From: Owenia fusiformis
Taxonomy: Eukaryota
Direction of reading: 5' to 3'
Length of the DNA stretch: 64,000 nucleotides
Assembly: GCA_903813345.2 (NCBI GenBank)
Contig: CAIIXF020000001.1
Coordinates: forward strand, 12,400,001 to 12,464,000
How positions within the stretch are numbered: the first letter of the stretch is position 1; the number at the start of each line of letters is the position of its first letter. Shown in pieces: positions 63,686 through 64,000 of this stretch. The notes beneath the pieces are model-generated. The model was not told where the DNA came from. It worked only from the letters and a program-made list of their open reading frames with translations, and made no database searches. The translations under genes and the position numbers were made by a program.

Positions 63686-64000
63686 CTAAATGTTGGAAAC
63701 AAATAAAGAGGTAAATACTGTTTATGACTCCAAGTATTAAATCAGCAGCTTAACTTATTATTTCCTGTGAATGGTAATCAGGGGGGTAGGGTAATCAGGG
63801 GGGGGGGGTAGCGTAATCAGGGGGTAGCCAGGGACCAACAAAAACAGTTGAGGCATTATATAAGTGAGGTAAAGTTTCAGCCAAAGAAGATACTACAGGG
63901 TGTCCTGGATAAGCTTTAAAATAATATATGACACATACAAAAGGTTGCAATGTCTTTCTTAAGAAATTCAATGGTAAATGACTTTCAATTTTGATATTAT

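Overview
AT-rich, intron-rich animal genomic DNA, most like a marine invertebrate; the species cannot be named from the sequence. I reconstructed seven protein-coding genes by hand from GT-AG boundaries and reading-frame phase. (1) An 18-exon + strand M28B glutamate carboxypeptidase II/NAALADase-like gene (1380-22390). (2) An intronless type II membrane class I SAM-methyltransferase-like ORF nested on the same strand in its intron 11 (16100-17218). (3) A minus-strand zf-3CxxC (RTP/ZAR1-type) zinc-finger gene with a Pro-rich first exon (39745-26929). (4) An intronless tetraspanin (45556-44783). (5) A 6-exon SLC25A34/35-like mitochondrial carrier (47271-49910). (6) An 8-coding-exon secreted CAP + two Sushi-like + unrecognised C-terminal domain gene (55398-50675). 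(7) The 3' end of a fibronectin type III gene (63685-61067). Non-coding DNA is full of non-autonomous elements: a Helentron/HINE, hAT, Tc1/mariner-like and Kolobok-like MITEs, a SINE and a 69-bp minisatellite. Most notable are five elements sharing a 'long hairpin + internal junction complementary to both termini' design, three of them stacked head-to-tail at 61.5-63.0 kb. All calls are by eye, with no database searches.
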